In this document: one piece after another, positions 28,192 to 38,724 of the stretch
Numbering within the stretch: position 1 is the first letter of the stretch
Layout of the letters: each line of letters begins with the position of its first letter
Notes under the pieces: generated by a model
Told to the model about the DNA's origin: nothing
Databases searched by the model: none
Seen by the model: the letters and a program-made list of their open reading frames with translations, nothing else
Made by a program: the position numbers and the translations under genes
Source: a virus
Taxonomy: Duplodnaviria > Caudoviricetes
Virus record (IMG/VR): IMGVR_UViG_3300028048_000056
Location: 98,086 to 162,085 of that record
DNA: 64,000 bases
Direction: 5' to 3' (one strand)

Positions 28192-28614
28192 ATGAGAAAT
28201 AATTTACCTCAACCGTACTGGTCACACGTTCTAAATAGATTTCCTAAAGAAAGCAATCTGCTAGCAGCGGCAGCTGGGTATCTTGAAATGAGAATTAAGA
28301 AGAATAAAGAGCTCAGTATCAATGAATGGGATGCTTGCCTAGACGAGGTTCTTAAGACATATGACATAGCTGACCCGACTAAACCAGCGTCTCGAGTTCG
28401 AAAGTTGTCTGTGAAGAACACTATCACTATTCCAGAAATAACTTACCTGTTTCTAACTGCAACTGCTAGGAAATGGAATCATATTGTGTTCACGTCTGAA
28501 CAAGATAAGATGTACGCGAACATATCGTACTACCAGGACCCGTACTGGAATGAAATCAAAAATAATCCCAAGACATTAGCAATACTTAGAGAGGAGCTAG
28601 GTAATGATGAATAA
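28192..28614 (+). CDS. hypothetical protein, possibly initiator-related
   Basis: precedes the DnaC-like gene; likely ATG 28192. Confidence 0.55.
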   Translation: MRNNLPQPYWSHVLNRFPKESNLLAAAAGYLEMRIKKNKELSINEWDACLDEVLKTYDIADPTKPASRVRKLSVKNTITIPEITYLFLTATARKWNHIVFTSEQDKMYANISYYQDPYWNEIKNNPKTLAILREELGNDE

Positions 28615-29149
28615 TCAGATAGATATTCTTCCGACACTTATTCGCAAGGCAGGGCTTCCTGAGAAGCTGACTGAATATCCGAATGAGGATTACATCAGAC
28701 CAGCTATTAAGCAGGTGTGTCAGAACATTGCAACCTTTGACGGTGTGATTTTACTGAACGGCTTGAAGCGAGGGAAGACAACGAATGCCGCTATGATACT
28801 TATGTCGTATCTTAATTCTCGTAGATATATCATGGATACCCAGAATGTAGGTCTGTATATATCAGTAAATCAGCTCTGTTATCAGAACCGAACTCAGGAT
28901 AGATTTAATCGTGACAATGAGGTTCAGGCTATGGTGCGTCGAGCGGCGGCAGCAAGATGTCTGGTGCTCGATGGTTTGTTTTCTTACCTAACTCAGATAG
29001 ATGACCTCATGCTTCAGTCTATCTATGATGCTAGACAGAATAAGTCCTGCATTACGGTAGTGACTACACCAATGACTGACCCTTTGAATTGTGCAGGTAG
29101 CATTATGTATAGAATAGCAAGAGATGCAAAGATAAAGGAGGAATTCTGA
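28604..29149 (+). CDS. DnaC/IstB-like AAA+ helicase loader (divergent)
   Basis: ILLNGLKRGKTT, LVLDGL, IYDAR....TVVTT. Confidence 0.6.
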   Translation: MMNNQIDILPTLIRKAGLPEKLTEYPNEDYIRPAIKQVCQNIATFDGVILLNGLKRGKTTNAAMILMSYLNSRRYIMDTQNVGLYISVNQLCYQNRTQDRFNRDNEVQAMVRRAAAARCLVLDGLFSYLTQIDDLMLQSIYDARQNKSCITVVTTPMTDPLNCAGSIMYRIARDAKIKEEF

Positions 29150-30318
29150 TGGCATTAACTCTTAGCCAGGAAGTTGCTTTTAAGCGCATTATGTCCTGGT
29201 ACAACAATCGTGAAAGTGAGGTATTTAAGCTCGGTGGTCCGGCTGGTAGTGGTAAGAGTTATCTTATCGCATTGGTTGCTGAGCAAATTGGCGTAGAAAA
29301 TTGCCTGCTTATCACACCTACCGGCAAGGCAGCGAACAACCTGATTAAGGCATCACTGCCTGCTCGTACCATTCACTCGCAGATTTATCACGTTCAATCA
29401 GAGAGTTCTGAAGATGGTGCGATTGATTTCGAAACGATGGGTGACAACGAGTTTAAGAATCTGGAGCTGATGCTTCAGCAGAGTCACGACCGTGGGTATG
29501 ACTTTAGCGGTGAAGAGACTCGTTTCTGTCTTAAGGAAGAGCTGGATGCTAATGTGAAATGTATCATCATAGACGAAGGAAGTATGGTTGGCGGTAAACT
29601 CTTGAATGATGTGCTGTCATTCGGTATTCCGACTCTTCTGGTTGGCGACCCTAATCAGTTACCTCCTGTCAATGACACGACTGTATTCACCAAGTGCGAT
29701 TATTATCTGACAGAAATTGTCAGACAGGCTCAGGGTAGTCCGGTCATCTGGTTATCTCAGGAAGTTCTTCAGGGAAGGCTCAAGACAGGCGTATTCGGCT
29801 CATGTATGGTTCGAAAAGGACCTGTGTCTGACAGTGAGCTTTGCTATGCTGACATTATTCTGACAGATACAAACGTATCCAGAGGTAATCTGAATGACCG
29901 ATTAAGGGCACTTGCCTTGGATTTCAGGTCACGCTCTAAGCCACTCAATGTCGGTGATAAGATTATCTGTCGTACCAACACCTCAATCTCCTCGTCGGAA
30001 GGTTATACTCTGACTAATGGAGCTCAGGGTGTTATCACGAAGGTAAAGCATGCCAATAACTCGTATTCTTTGGTTGACCTGGTTATGGAGACACCTGATA
30101 TTGGTACATTCAGCTTCATCGGTACGACACGACCTGAGCTCTTTCCTGCACACGTCAGACCTCCTAAAATTGAGTACGGTTATGCCTTGACAGTTCACCT
30201 TAGTCAAGGTTCTGAATGGCAGAACGTCATTTATCAGCAGTCCTCCATGATGAAGAAGTCTGCGATGTATACGGCTATCACCCGAGCCAAGGAGTCGGTA
30301 CTTATTGCATTAGACTAA
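29149..30318 (+). CDS. RecD/Dda-like SF1B helicase
   Basis: GPAGSGKS, TPTGKAA, IIDEGSM, GDPNQLPPV, YALTVHLSQGSEW, YTAITRA. Confidence 0.93.
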   Translation: MALTLSQEVAFKRIMSWYNNRESEVFKLGGPAGSGKSYLIALVAEQIGVENCLLITPTGKAANNLIKASLPARTIHSQIYHVQSESSEDGAIDFETMGDNEFKNLELMLQQSHDRGYDFSGEETRFCLKEELDANVKCIIIDEGSMVGGKLLNDVLSFGIPTLLVGDPNQLPPVNDTTVFTKCDYYLTEIVRQAQGSPVIWLSQEVLQGRLKTGVFGSCMVRKGPVSDSELCYADIILTDTNVSRGNLNDRLRALALDFRSRSKPLNVGDKIICRTNTSISSSEGYTLTNGAQGVITKVKHANNSYSLVDLVMETPDIGTFSFIGTTRPELFPAHVRPPKIEYGYALTVHLSQGSEWQNVIYQQSSMMKKSAMYTAITRAKESVLIALD

Positions 30319-30333
30319 TTAGGAGGTGTTTAG

Positions 30334-31596
30334 ATGACCGTACCACAGCAGATTATCATCAATATGGTCATGAACAATGAATGTATTAACTACTTCATGG
30401 CTCAGAATGTATGTACTTATAAGTTCTTCGGACTTGATTATAGATATCTCGAATTCGTAAAAACCCGTTACGCCCAGTTTGGCTCTGTCGTTCTGGGTGA
30501 GCTCTTGTCTCAGTTTCCTGACTTTCCTTGCTCTAATCTGGAAGAAGTTTCTAAGGATTGTGAATATCTCCTCTATAAGATTAAGGAGATGTACATCTAT
30601 AATGAATTAGACCGAGCAATTCAAGAAGGACAGCAGCAGTTTCCTGAAGATGGAATTCAGCTTTTAGGTTATCTAGAGGCTAAATTAGCTGACTTGAGAA
30701 ATATCACACCTCAGCTCGCAGACTATGATGTTATCAAGAATGTAGCAGCACGACAGGAAAAATACATAATGACTTCGAACGACCCTCGTGCTTTTATCCC
30801 GACTGGTTTTGCTGAGATTGACCAGCTAATCGGTGGTTGGTCTAAGGGTGGTGAACTGTTCGAGATACTCGCTCGTATGGGTATGGGTAAGACCTGGATT
30901 CTGATGTATATCGCAGTAGCCGCTTGGAAAGCAGGCTTTAAGGTAGGAATTGTATCTATCGAGATGGGTAAGGACGAGCTGGGATTCAGAATTGACACGC
31001 TTTTATCAGGATTGTCGAACTCTGCACTACGACGTGGTAATGCTGTAGACATGGGTGCCTACAATGCGTATGTTCAATCCATGCAGGGCAGAGAAGGTAT
31101 CCTCGTCCGTTCTAAAAAGGATTTTCAAGGTCATATCACGCCTACGAAGTTAAGGTCTTGGATTGAAACAGCCGGTCTCGATTTACTTCTTCTGGACGGT
31201 ATTAGCTATATCGAGAATGAAAGAATCAATTCTGCATACAAGAGCGATGCGAGTTCAGAAACTGATGTAGCAGAGGACTTAATGTCCGTTAGCACTGATA
31301 CACACTGTCCTATTGGTGTTACTCACCAGGCGAATAGAAGCGGTTCTGATTTGTCACAGAATCCTGAGCTTGAATCCGCTAGAGGTGGTGATGGTGTGAA
31401 TATCAACGCATCATTTGTAATGTCACTGGCGTACCCAGAAGATTCACATCAGGTTATTTCTTTAGCCGTAAAGAAATCTCGTTTCGGTACATTTGGACAG
31501 CAGTTTACCTATACATGGGACCCTGACCATGGATATATTCAATCACGTGGTGATGTAAATCAGGGAGGTGCTTTCTTTGGCAGCGCAGCAGGTTGA
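30334..31596 (+). CDS. dnaB: DnaB-like replicative helicase
   Basis: IPTGF..ID..IGG, ARMGMGKT, SIEM, LLDG, HQANR, KSRFG. Confidence 0.9.
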   Translation: MTVPQQIIINMVMNNECINYFMAQNVCTYKFFGLDYRYLEFVKTRYAQFGSVVLGELLSQFPDFPCSNLEEVSKDCEYLLYKIKEMYIYNELDRAIQEGQQQFPEDGIQLLGYLEAKLADLRNITPQLADYDVIKNVAARQEKYIMTSNDPRAFIPTGFAEIDQLIGGWSKGGELFEILARMGMGKTWILMYIAVAAWKAGFKVGIVSIEMGKDELGFRIDTLLSGLSNSALRRGNAVDMGAYNAYVQSMQGREGILVRSKKDFQGHITPTKLRSWIETAGLDLLLLDGISYIENERINSAYKSDASSETDVAEDLMSVSTDTHCPIGVTHQANRSGSDLSQNPELESARGGDGVNINASFVMSLAYPEDSHQVISLAVKKSRFGTFGQQFTYTWDPDHGYIQSRGDVNQGGAFFGSAAG

Positions 31597-32530
31597 TTTA
31601 CGTTCTATTGATGTCGATGCGGTGTTCGAGGCTTTGCGAGCATCGACGTCATTCTTCCGTATCGTAACCCAATCTGAAAATGATATAACCACACAATGTC
31701 CATTCCATAGTTTCGGCAATGAGCAGCATCCATCATTCGGTATCTGTAATAATCGTTCACATCCGCATTATGGTAAGTATCACTGTTTTGCGTGTGGTGC
31801 GAAAGGTTCTATTATATCATTGGTCAATTATCTATCAAATCGTGAAGCATACGATAATTATGCCATTCAGTTCATTCAGTCTGTTTCGGATATCGGGTTC
31901 TTTGATAGAAATGGTATAACAACGCTTGCTAAGCGAGAGCCTATTAAACTACCTGAAGTAACCGAGGTAGAATTGATGTCGTATAGATATGAGAAAGTAG
32001 ATTACTTATCTAAGAAACGACATATAACAGAGCTTGTGCAGAAAGCATTTGATACCGGATATGACCCGGTTACGAATTCTGTTACATTTCCGGTAAAGCG
32101 ACCAGATGGTTCGAATGCTTTTGTAATAAGGCGTTCAATCGACAAGAAGTGGTATAACTATCCGGCAGGTGTAGACAAGCCGGTGTATGGTGTGTTCGAA
32201 TCCTATAAGATAATTCCACCAACGAGTCCCTTTGCCAAGAAGAGAATCTTGGTAGAGTCTGCTATAAACGCATTGACTTTGTGGGGTTATGGATTACCTG
32301 CATGGGCATTGCTTGGAACTGGTTCTGATAGACAGATTGAGTTCTTGAATAGTACAGATATCCGCGAATTTCCCATATGCCTAGACGGTGACAGTGCTGG
32401 TATGAAAGGCGCAGCTAAGTTGCAGAAAGCACTTAAAGCACGAACACCAATTATACCTATGCTACCCGGTAAAGATGTAAATGATTTACCAGAATATGTG
32501 ATGCGAATTCTGTACACATTAAGACGGTAG
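31568..32530 (+). CDS. DnaG-like primase (CHC2 Zn finger + TOPRIM)
   Basis: CPFH...HPS...HCFACGAKG, LVES, LDGDSAG, KDVND. Confidence 0.9.
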   Translation: MLSLAAQQVDLRSIDVDAVFEALRASTSFFRIVTQSENDITTQCPFHSFGNEQHPSFGICNNRSHPHYGKYHCFACGAKGSIISLVNYLSNREAYDNYAIQFIQSVSDIGFFDRNGITTLAKREPIKLPEVTEVELMSYRYEKVDYLSKKRHITELVQKAFDTGYDPVTNSVTFPVKRPDGSNAFVIRRSIDKKWYNYPAGVDKPVYGVFESYKIIPPTSPFAKKRILVESAINALTLWGYGLPAWALLGTGSDRQIEFLNSTDIREFPICLDGDSAGMKGAAKLQKALKARTPIIPMLPGKDVNDLPEYVMRILYTLRR

Positions 32531-32539
32531 TCGTTGATT

Positions 32540-32572
32540 TCACCTCCTATATTAGAATAAAATAGGAGGTGA
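32540..32572 (+). promoter_or_regulatory. RBS-sequestering hairpin
   Basis: perfect 11-bp inverted repeat TCACCTCCTAT/ATAGGAGGTGA containing the SD of the 32577 gene. Confidence 0.7.
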
Positions 32573-32576
32573 CAAA

Positions 32577-33140
32577 ATGAAATACTTTCTATCAACAGCA
32601 GGCAAGAAATGCTGCAAAGGCTGTACCTGGTTATTGTCATTGGCAAGGAACGAAGAAGGATACGACCTTATACAGCTGAAACGCGGCTTTTCTAAAAATC
32701 GGGATTTGATGAAACTCTATCCCGGTGAGCCTGCTATTATTCTTGATACAGGCGAGTTCTACATCGGTGATGCTACGGGAAGACCTATACACATCAACCC
32801 GAACGGTGCAGCAATGCCAGACACAGGTGATATTCTATGTATCAGGAATGACACGCAATGGAAGCACGGAGATGTGGTATCGGTTACCTATGCTGATATG
32901 ATTACATCTGATGGTACTGAACCCATTGCAGACAACGAAGGTAAGTATAGTTGTGCTGTGCTTCTGAATGCGAACAACGTGCCAGTAGGCATCGGTTTCA
33001 TCACCCAATGGCGTGCTCCCGAATTATCCGCAAGAATCTTACTCGGCTACTTTAATCAGGTAGATTTAGTAGAATTCACCGAGGAAGACATTGATGCTAT
33101 TATAGCACACGCGGAAGCTCGCATAAACCCAGATTCCTGA
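32577..33140 (+). CDS. virion/tail-fibre-associated protein with Mtd-N/hyaluronidase-N-like domain
   Basis: IQLKRG...LYPGEP...DTGEFYIGD. Confidence 0.6.
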   Translation: MKYFLSTAGKKCCKGCTWLLSLARNEEGYDLIQLKRGFSKNRDLMKLYPGEPAIILDTGEFYIGDATGRPIHINPNGAAMPDTGDILCIRNDTQWKHGDVVSVTYADMITSDGTEPIADNEGKYSCAVLLNANNVPVGIGFITQWRAPELSARILLGYFNQVDLVEFTEEDIDAIIAHAEARINPDS

Positions 33141-33221
33141 TGCGGTATTGCTTATATGCACGATGTGCGCAGTATGTAGTATGTGTAACCGTTGTAGCAG
33201 TTGTATGCTGCGGTGTAGTTT

Positions 33222-33255
33222 AACTTCGAAATCTATCGGTATTTCTGTGTATAAT
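33222..33255 (+). promoter_or_regulatory. phage promoter AACTTCG-N21-TATAAT
   Basis: conserved copy. Confidence 0.8.
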
Positions 33256-33289
33256 TTACACATAACAGAAATACTTAGGAGGCGATTGT

Positions 33290-34168
33290 ATGTATCCATT
33301 CGTGAAACCTGCGTACCTTGAGTTAAGCATAGACCAGCGTAAGGAATTATGTTCTCATTCGTATCGAATCTGCACAGCTATAGAACCCTGGACAGCAGCA
33401 ACAAAGCAGAAGATTGTGGAGCTCATGGACAAGGTGATGACCCTATGTCCGTTTGTCCGCAGGGATATGTCCTTACCTTATAAAGAAGTTGAAGAGTGCA
33501 ATCCGCTGGTGACTGTACCATCCAGCACCTTGCACTGTATTCGTTCCTATTTCGAACAGTTCTACATTGTTAAGGAGAAGAAGTTGTGCTTACCTGCAGT
33601 TAGCACAGTCAAGGTACCGAAGGTCGAGAAACCTCAGGTTCAGATGCAGACTCAGCAGCACACGCAGGCTGCTACCATATCGACTACTCGTTCTAAGCTA
33701 AGAGCTATTAAGGACGAGACCTGGTGGGTAGTTCGTGTGAAGAACGAGTATCGGATGTGCAGACTCACGTTCGATAGAGGTGAGTATTGGGAGATGGTAG
33801 AGTATCAGGACGGAAGAGTTCTGAATTCACAGTATCGATTCCCGAAATACGATAACCGCGTTATCTACGAATTTAAGGAGCACATTACACCAGAGCAGTT
33901 CGAAGAGAAGATAAAGGAAGCAGTTCAGATAAGGATGTCTGCTCTGCTCCGACAGGCTCAGGATATGTTGCTCAGATTTGATACGGTGATTATAGCTCGG
34001 CATCTTACAGGCGGTACGCTTGTAGGTGGTGTCGAGGACGAAGACGATACCAACTGGTATCTGGATACCTATAACGAACACGGTGAACACATCTTCTACG
34101 ATGATAATCGCTGGGAGCTCGCTAAGAAAAGCAGATGCACCGTTGTTCAAATTCTCAGAAGGAAGTGA
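33290..34168 (+). CDS. hypothetical protein
   Basis: 292 aa ORF with AGGAGG SD. Confidence 0.7.
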   Translation: MYPFVKPAYLELSIDQRKELCSHSYRICTAIEPWTAATKQKIVELMDKVMTLCPFVRRDMSLPYKEVEECNPLVTVPSSTLHCIRSYFEQFYIVKEKKLCLPAVSTVKVPKVEKPQVQMQTQQHTQAATISTTRSKLRAIKDETWWVVRVKNEYRMCRLTFDRGEYWEMVEYQDGRVLNSQYRFPKYDNRVIYEFKEHITPEQFEEKIKEAVQIRMSALLRQAQDMLLRFDTVIIARHLTGGTLVGGVEDEDDTNWYLDTYNEHGEHIFYDDNRWELAKKSRCTVVQILRRK

Positions 34169-34173
34169 TTTAG

Positions 34174-36951
34174 ATGGCAGAGAAAACCTATAACACCGGC
34201 CGAGTTGTAGGTTGGTCCGCTTACGAAGAGTTTCTTAAAGAAACTGGTGCAGACCCTAATACCATTACGAACTATGTGTACCAGACGTTGGTTACCTATG
34301 GTGTAACTCGAGTTGTCGAGTTAATACCAGGAAATTGGGTTGCATCGCACGGAGGTCAGTTCTATACGCAGACTATCCGTGTGCCAGGTGCATCATGGGG
34401 TGCAGTTCCGATTGTAGGCGTTGATTATGAGAGTTATGTCGATATGTTCGCCAATCCTACTTCGTCTACAGAAGAATCTGAACAGAAAGACACAATCGAA
34501 AAAGAAGACCTCGAGGACGCTGTTGGAAACATTTTTGGGGTCTACGTATCAGACTCTATGGGAAACAAGGCACAGTCTTCTGTCTCCGAACATGGTTATC
34601 TGACTTTTGTAGCTTTTCCTGATATACTGGCTTTCGATAAGAAAATCGCAGGTATTGAAGGTGCAACAATGAAGTTGATTGTTCGCGGATTGTCTATGGA
34701 AGATTTAGATGTAGACAGCCTTTACTTTGGTCCTCAGGGTTTTGTCTTCGCAGGTAATGGACTTATCGAAGACTGTACACACCAGACTCGTGATGTCAAC
34801 AATCTGTCACTTAATTCAGCGGGTTACCTGTGGTTAAGTATGGGTGGCAACTCTACACCAGCTGATTATCGAGGAGTCGTAGACCACCCGACTGGTGAAA
34901 TACTGGTGTCTACATTCGGCTACATGGATTTGGATTTTATCGATGGTACCGGTAGATTCTCAAATCTGAGTCGATATGGATTTACCTATGCAGAGTATCA
35001 AGACGCCTTTCAAGGTTTGAACGTACTTGATACTCAGGTAATTGCAATACCTCAAGCTGAACGCGACGATTATTACTATCTTATTTCTGGTATTCCATCA
35101 TACACCAGTTATCCGCCTGCAGCTTATCCTGTCTATGTAATTCCAGTCCGCAAAGATACAGGTCGTATCAATGTAGGTAGTTATGATTCCTTCAGTAAGC
35201 CGAAGACTAAGAAATATATCGATTTTACTCGACTGTATACAGCCAACGGTGAAGACTCAACGGTCATGTATCTCTACGACAAGAAGTTGCCTGATTATCT
35301 CGGTAACTGGTGGGGTACCGGCACCGTACCCTTCTCTGCAGGTTTGGTGTATACCGGTAATAACTCAATGAATCGTTGGTTATCTGCTGATGATGTAGGT
35401 GAGGGTGCTACATTCCATGAATCAGGAAGACACGCTACCTGGAAGATATATAATACGAATACCCCGTTCTATAAAGGTTCGATATATCTTTTCCATGACC
35501 AATCTGACGGGAAATCTAATGGTGTATACCTGTGTACCAAAGATAAAAATCATAGTGAGCAGGATTATTGGCAGCTCAATCGTTTCGGTTCTTATATCCC
35601 TTGGTCAATACCACAATGGTACAAGGACAAACCAGGAGGTTTCTTTGCTGAAATCGACTTGACAGGTTTCTCGGCGACTATCCAATCAGATGTGTTGTAT
35701 GTTGATGGTACACCAGTATTTCCTGGTGAGCCTTTGGTCATCGGTACGCAGACTGACTGGCGTCTTGTGTATGTCTGGAACACAATCGCATCAAATCAGC
35801 CGAAACTGATTGTTCATACCAACAATATTGCGAACTTAGATTTTGATGCAACAGCGAGTGCTAATTTCGCAAATCACGCGGATTTACATTCTAATCGTAT
35901 CAGAATTCCTAGAGCTATCTGGGATGCTGCTTTTACGGGCAAGTCTATCGAGGTGTGGACGGGCACATCATCAAGCTATAATTTTACCACCACAATCGAC
36001 GGTACCGTTACACTTGGAACTTTCGTGGAAGTCAGACATCAGAAAGAAGGCGTCTGGGGTTATGACCGTGATTTCCGATATGTAGTTCTAAGCTGTAAGA
36101 GTGATTATGTTCACCTAGCTTCTACGATGGTTTGGGTAGACAATCCAAACCTGACTTCGACCGTTGGCTATCCTGGTACCTACAACGCAGTTGTTCCTAG
36201 ATATAATCAGCAGTTACCTGATGCTTCTGGTAATTATTACTATAACATGAAATCAGTGCTTTCACGCACGCCAGCGAGTCGTCTGTTTTCTGATTTCGGT
36301 TGGGATATAGCTGATTACGTCGATGAAGATTTCCAGAATTTAAGTCTGGGTGAGTTCTTGCAAGAATGTGTAATCCGCAATGATTTGACCGTTCCAAAAT
36401 CACCGGATACGCTTCGCTCTTTCGGATTAGAGTCAATTTTCAGACTATACTCTATAGATGATTTAAGATATACCTCTGGAGTAATACCAGAGCCTACCGA
36501 AGCTAATCCTATTACCAGCTCTGTCTACCTGACAGCCAGGACTACTCCGACATCATTCTTTGATACGGCTTGGTATACCGCACAGCTTACCGATGGTACT
36601 CCGCTTGAAGTTAATAATCTGGATTATCCTATCTGGACGACTATAGCTAAGTCTAGACATGGAAACCAGACGATGAGCGTGTCAACGATTGACGACCACG
36701 GAGTTCAGCTTGATTTTTCAGGAAATGAGGGTGAAATTCCTGTAGACAAGATTACCTGGCTTGACCTGCTAATAGGATTAGGTACGGGTAAATCGATTGA
36801 CCTGCTTCACGGAATGAGAATCCGTAAGACGGCGTCTGATTGCAATTACCTGATTACAGCTGACGGAACTCGCTTCTATATTTCAACTACCGAGCCTACA
36901 CCAGGTCCTGGTGAAGAGATACCTGATGGTTCTATCGGAATAGGTTGGTGA
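34174..36951 (+). CDS. large putative tail/fibre structural protein
   Basis: 925 aa; GRVVGWSAYE N-terminus and ISTTEP...GSIGIGW C-terminus typical of fibre proteins. Confidence 0.6.
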   Translation: MAEKTYNTGRVVGWSAYEEFLKETGADPNTITNYVYQTLVTYGVTRVVELIPGNWVASHGGQFYTQTIRVPGASWGAVPIVGVDYESYVDMFANPTSSTEESEQKDTIEKEDLEDAVGNIFGVYVSDSMGNKAQSSVSEHGYLTFVAFPDILAFDKKIAGIEGATMKLIVRGLSMEDLDVDSLYFGPQGFVFAGNGLIEDCTHQTRDVNNLSLNSAGYLWLSMGGNSTPADYRGVVDHPTGEILVSTFGYMDLDFIDGTGRFSNLSRYGFTYAEYQDAFQGLNVLDTQVIAIPQAERDDYYYLISGIPSYTSYPPAAYPVYVIPVRKDTGRINVGSYDSFSKPKTKKYIDFTRLYTANGEDSTVMYLYDKKLPDYLGNWWGTGTVPFSAGLVYTGNNSMNRWLSADDVGEGATFHESGRHATWKIYNTNTPFYKGSIYLFHDQSDGKSNGVYLCTKDKNHSEQDYWQLNRFGSYIPWSIPQWYKDKPGGFFAEIDLTGFSATIQSDVLYVDGTPVFPGEPLVIGTQTDWRLVYVWNTIASNQPKLIVHTNNIANLDFDATASANFANHADLHSNRIRIPRAIWDAAFTGKSIEVWTGTSSSYNFTTTIDGTVTLGTFVEVRHQKEGVWGYDRDFRYVVLSCKSDYVHLASTMVWVDNPNLTSTVGYPGTYNAVVPRYNQQLPDASGNYYYNMKSVLSRTPASRLFSDFGWDIADYVDEDFQNLSLGEFLQECVIRNDLTVPKSPDTLRSFGLESIFRLYSIDDLRYTSGVIPEPTEANPITSSVYLTARTTPTSFFDTAWYTAQLTDGTPLEVNNLDYPIWTTIAKSRHGNQTMSVSTIDDHGVQLDFSGNEGEIPVDKITWLDLLIGLGTGKSIDLLHGMRIRKTASDCNYLITADGTRFYISTTEPTPGPGEEIPDGSIGIGW

Positions 36952-36955
36952 TACT

Positions 36956-38068
36956 ATGTCGATAAAAGAAGTAACCGGTCCGTTGCCTCTGACTGTATCA
37001 CCTTCTGACGGTACACCGCTTTTGGACTGGCGCATAAAAGGTGCAGTAGGAGGCGTAGGCAGAGTCGGCACGAACAAGCTGAACTACAAGCCCATAGCTC
37101 GGGGCTCGGGACCCGGCGGCACATACACTGACAGCGGCACCATTGCAGGTGTTGCAATGAACGCTGTCAGTATCCCCGACGGAGCACCTGCCGACGCCGA
37201 CCATCAGCGCTGGTATATGCTCTGTGCAAATATCAACGAGGGCGGCAACTGGGTAGACGATTACAGAAGTCCCACCTATGCCAACTGCAACTGGTATGCC
37301 AAGCTTACGGCAGGCACATACAAGCTTGTGGCAGAGTGTGCAAATCCCTATGGCATAACAGTCCGCGTGCCCAATCTGGACAGCATATACCGCAACGACA
37401 GCGCATTGCCGGGGAACCATATCCCCAGATACGACCTTGTGGACAGCAGCGGAAATATACTCATAGAAGTAACTTGGGAGAACTTCTTCGGAAGTGAAAA
37501 TCAGCGGAGATGGACCCGAAAGGAGTCCGTATTCACAGTGACCGAGGATACCGACGTAGGCGTGTTCTCGAAGATGTTCCAGTACGACAGCTCTTACGCT
37601 GTTGATGATATCACGCCCTATCTTGTATTCCGCTACATGATAGTGCTTGCGGACACACCGACATCGCAGTTCAGCGTTACTCTGCCAATATCGGGCAGCC
37701 CCACTATCTCGGGCGAGAGCTGCTGGGAGCCCTATAAGGTAACTCTGCCGCTGACTATAACTCACGGAGAGCAGTCCACGGCAATATCGATAGACTTAGG
37801 CACTGAGTTTCTAGGTGAAAATGATATTGTAGATTTCACCACAACGCATATCACTATCCCTACCTACAGCGGTGCTAATACCATCACCGCCGACACCGAT
37901 ATACAGCCTTCTGAGATGTATGCAAAGTTCTCAACTTCAGGTACGGTCTATATACGTCGAAATGGTGTGTGGGAACAGGAATTGACTCCGCATCGCTATG
38001 AGAACCAGGTATGGTCGGATATATCCGAGAAAGAGCGTGAGAATGGTGAGTGGGTTGATAAATCATGA
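36956..38068 (+). CDS. putative receptor-binding/tail-fibre accessory protein with a compositionally foreign central domain
   Basis: 370 aa; visible GC and codon shift at about 37060-37790. Confidence 0.55.
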   Translation: MSIKEVTGPLPLTVSPSDGTPLLDWRIKGAVGGVGRVGTNKLNYKPIARGSGPGGTYTDSGTIAGVAMNAVSIPDGAPADADHQRWYMLCANINEGGNWVDDYRSPTYANCNWYAKLTAGTYKLVAECANPYGITVRVPNLDSIYRNDSALPGNHIPRYDLVDSSGNILIEVTWENFFGSENQRRWTRKESVFTVTEDTDVGVFSKMFQYDSSYAVDDITPYLVFRYMIVLADTPTSQFSVTLPISGSPTISGESCWEPYKVTLPLTITHGEQSTAISIDLGTEFLGENDIVDFTTTHITIPTYSGANTITADTDIQPSEMYAKFSTSGTVYIRRNGVWEQELTPHRYENQVWSDISEKERENGEWVDKS

Positions 38069-38109
38069 TGTAAACCAATATTATAATATTGAAGGACAGT
38101 GAGGGTTAT

Positions 38110-38724
38110 ATGAGCAAAGGACAGAAAAATCAAGAACTGCTGAAAGAGTATGCAAGAACGAGAGATCCAGAAATAAGAAATCAGCTGGTGTTGAATAATA
38201 TGGGTCTCGTGCATAGGTGTTATCAGATGTACTTTGCTAGTCGATATCCAAGTGAACGTGACTGTGAAGACCTGGTATCTGCTGGGGTTATGGGACTTCT
38301 GATAGCAATAGAACGTTTCGACGCAGATACATACGCAGTGCTCAGCACGTATGCTTTTCCTTATATCCGCAATCAAATGAACAAGCTGGTTCATCCTGAA
38401 ATGACATTCTCAGAATACGAATGTGAGGATGCTGACATTTCGATGGAAGAGCAGATTGAGGATACATATACCTTCGACCAGCACCAGATGGACATTTCGA
38501 AGGTCATGGAAAAGTTACTTACTCCTGATGAAATCAGTGTTCTTCATGTTATAAACAGAACTTCTGACGAGCCGCCATGGAGCGTGAATGAAATCGCAAA
38601 AGAGCTCAAGATGCAGCCGAAGGAGGTTACTGATTTATATAAATCTGGGTTAACCAAACTATCGGTACCGTCGGTACAATGGTACCTAAGAAAATGTAAA
38701 GGAGTGCTTAATAACGATGATTAG
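38110..38724 (+). CDS. sigma-70 family RNA polymerase sigma factor
   Basis: RNQLVLNNMGLV, DLVSAGVMGLLIAIERFD, STYAFPYIR; region-4 HTH SVNEIAKEL. Confidence 0.85.
   Translation: MSKGQKNQELLKEYARTRDPEIRNQLVLNNMGLVHRCYQMYFASRYPSERDCEDLVSAGVMGLLIAIERFDADTYAVLSTYAFPYIRNQMNKLVHPEMTFSEYECEDADISMEEQIEDTYTFDQHQMDISKVMEKLLTPDEISVLHVINRTSDEPPWSVNEIAKELKMQPKEVTDLYKSGLTKLSVPSVQWYLRKCKGVLNNDD

Noticed and set aside
34174-38068. Diversity-generating retroelement targeting tail fibres
   Set aside because: No reverse transcriptase and no adenine-variable template/variable repeat pair were seen in the window.
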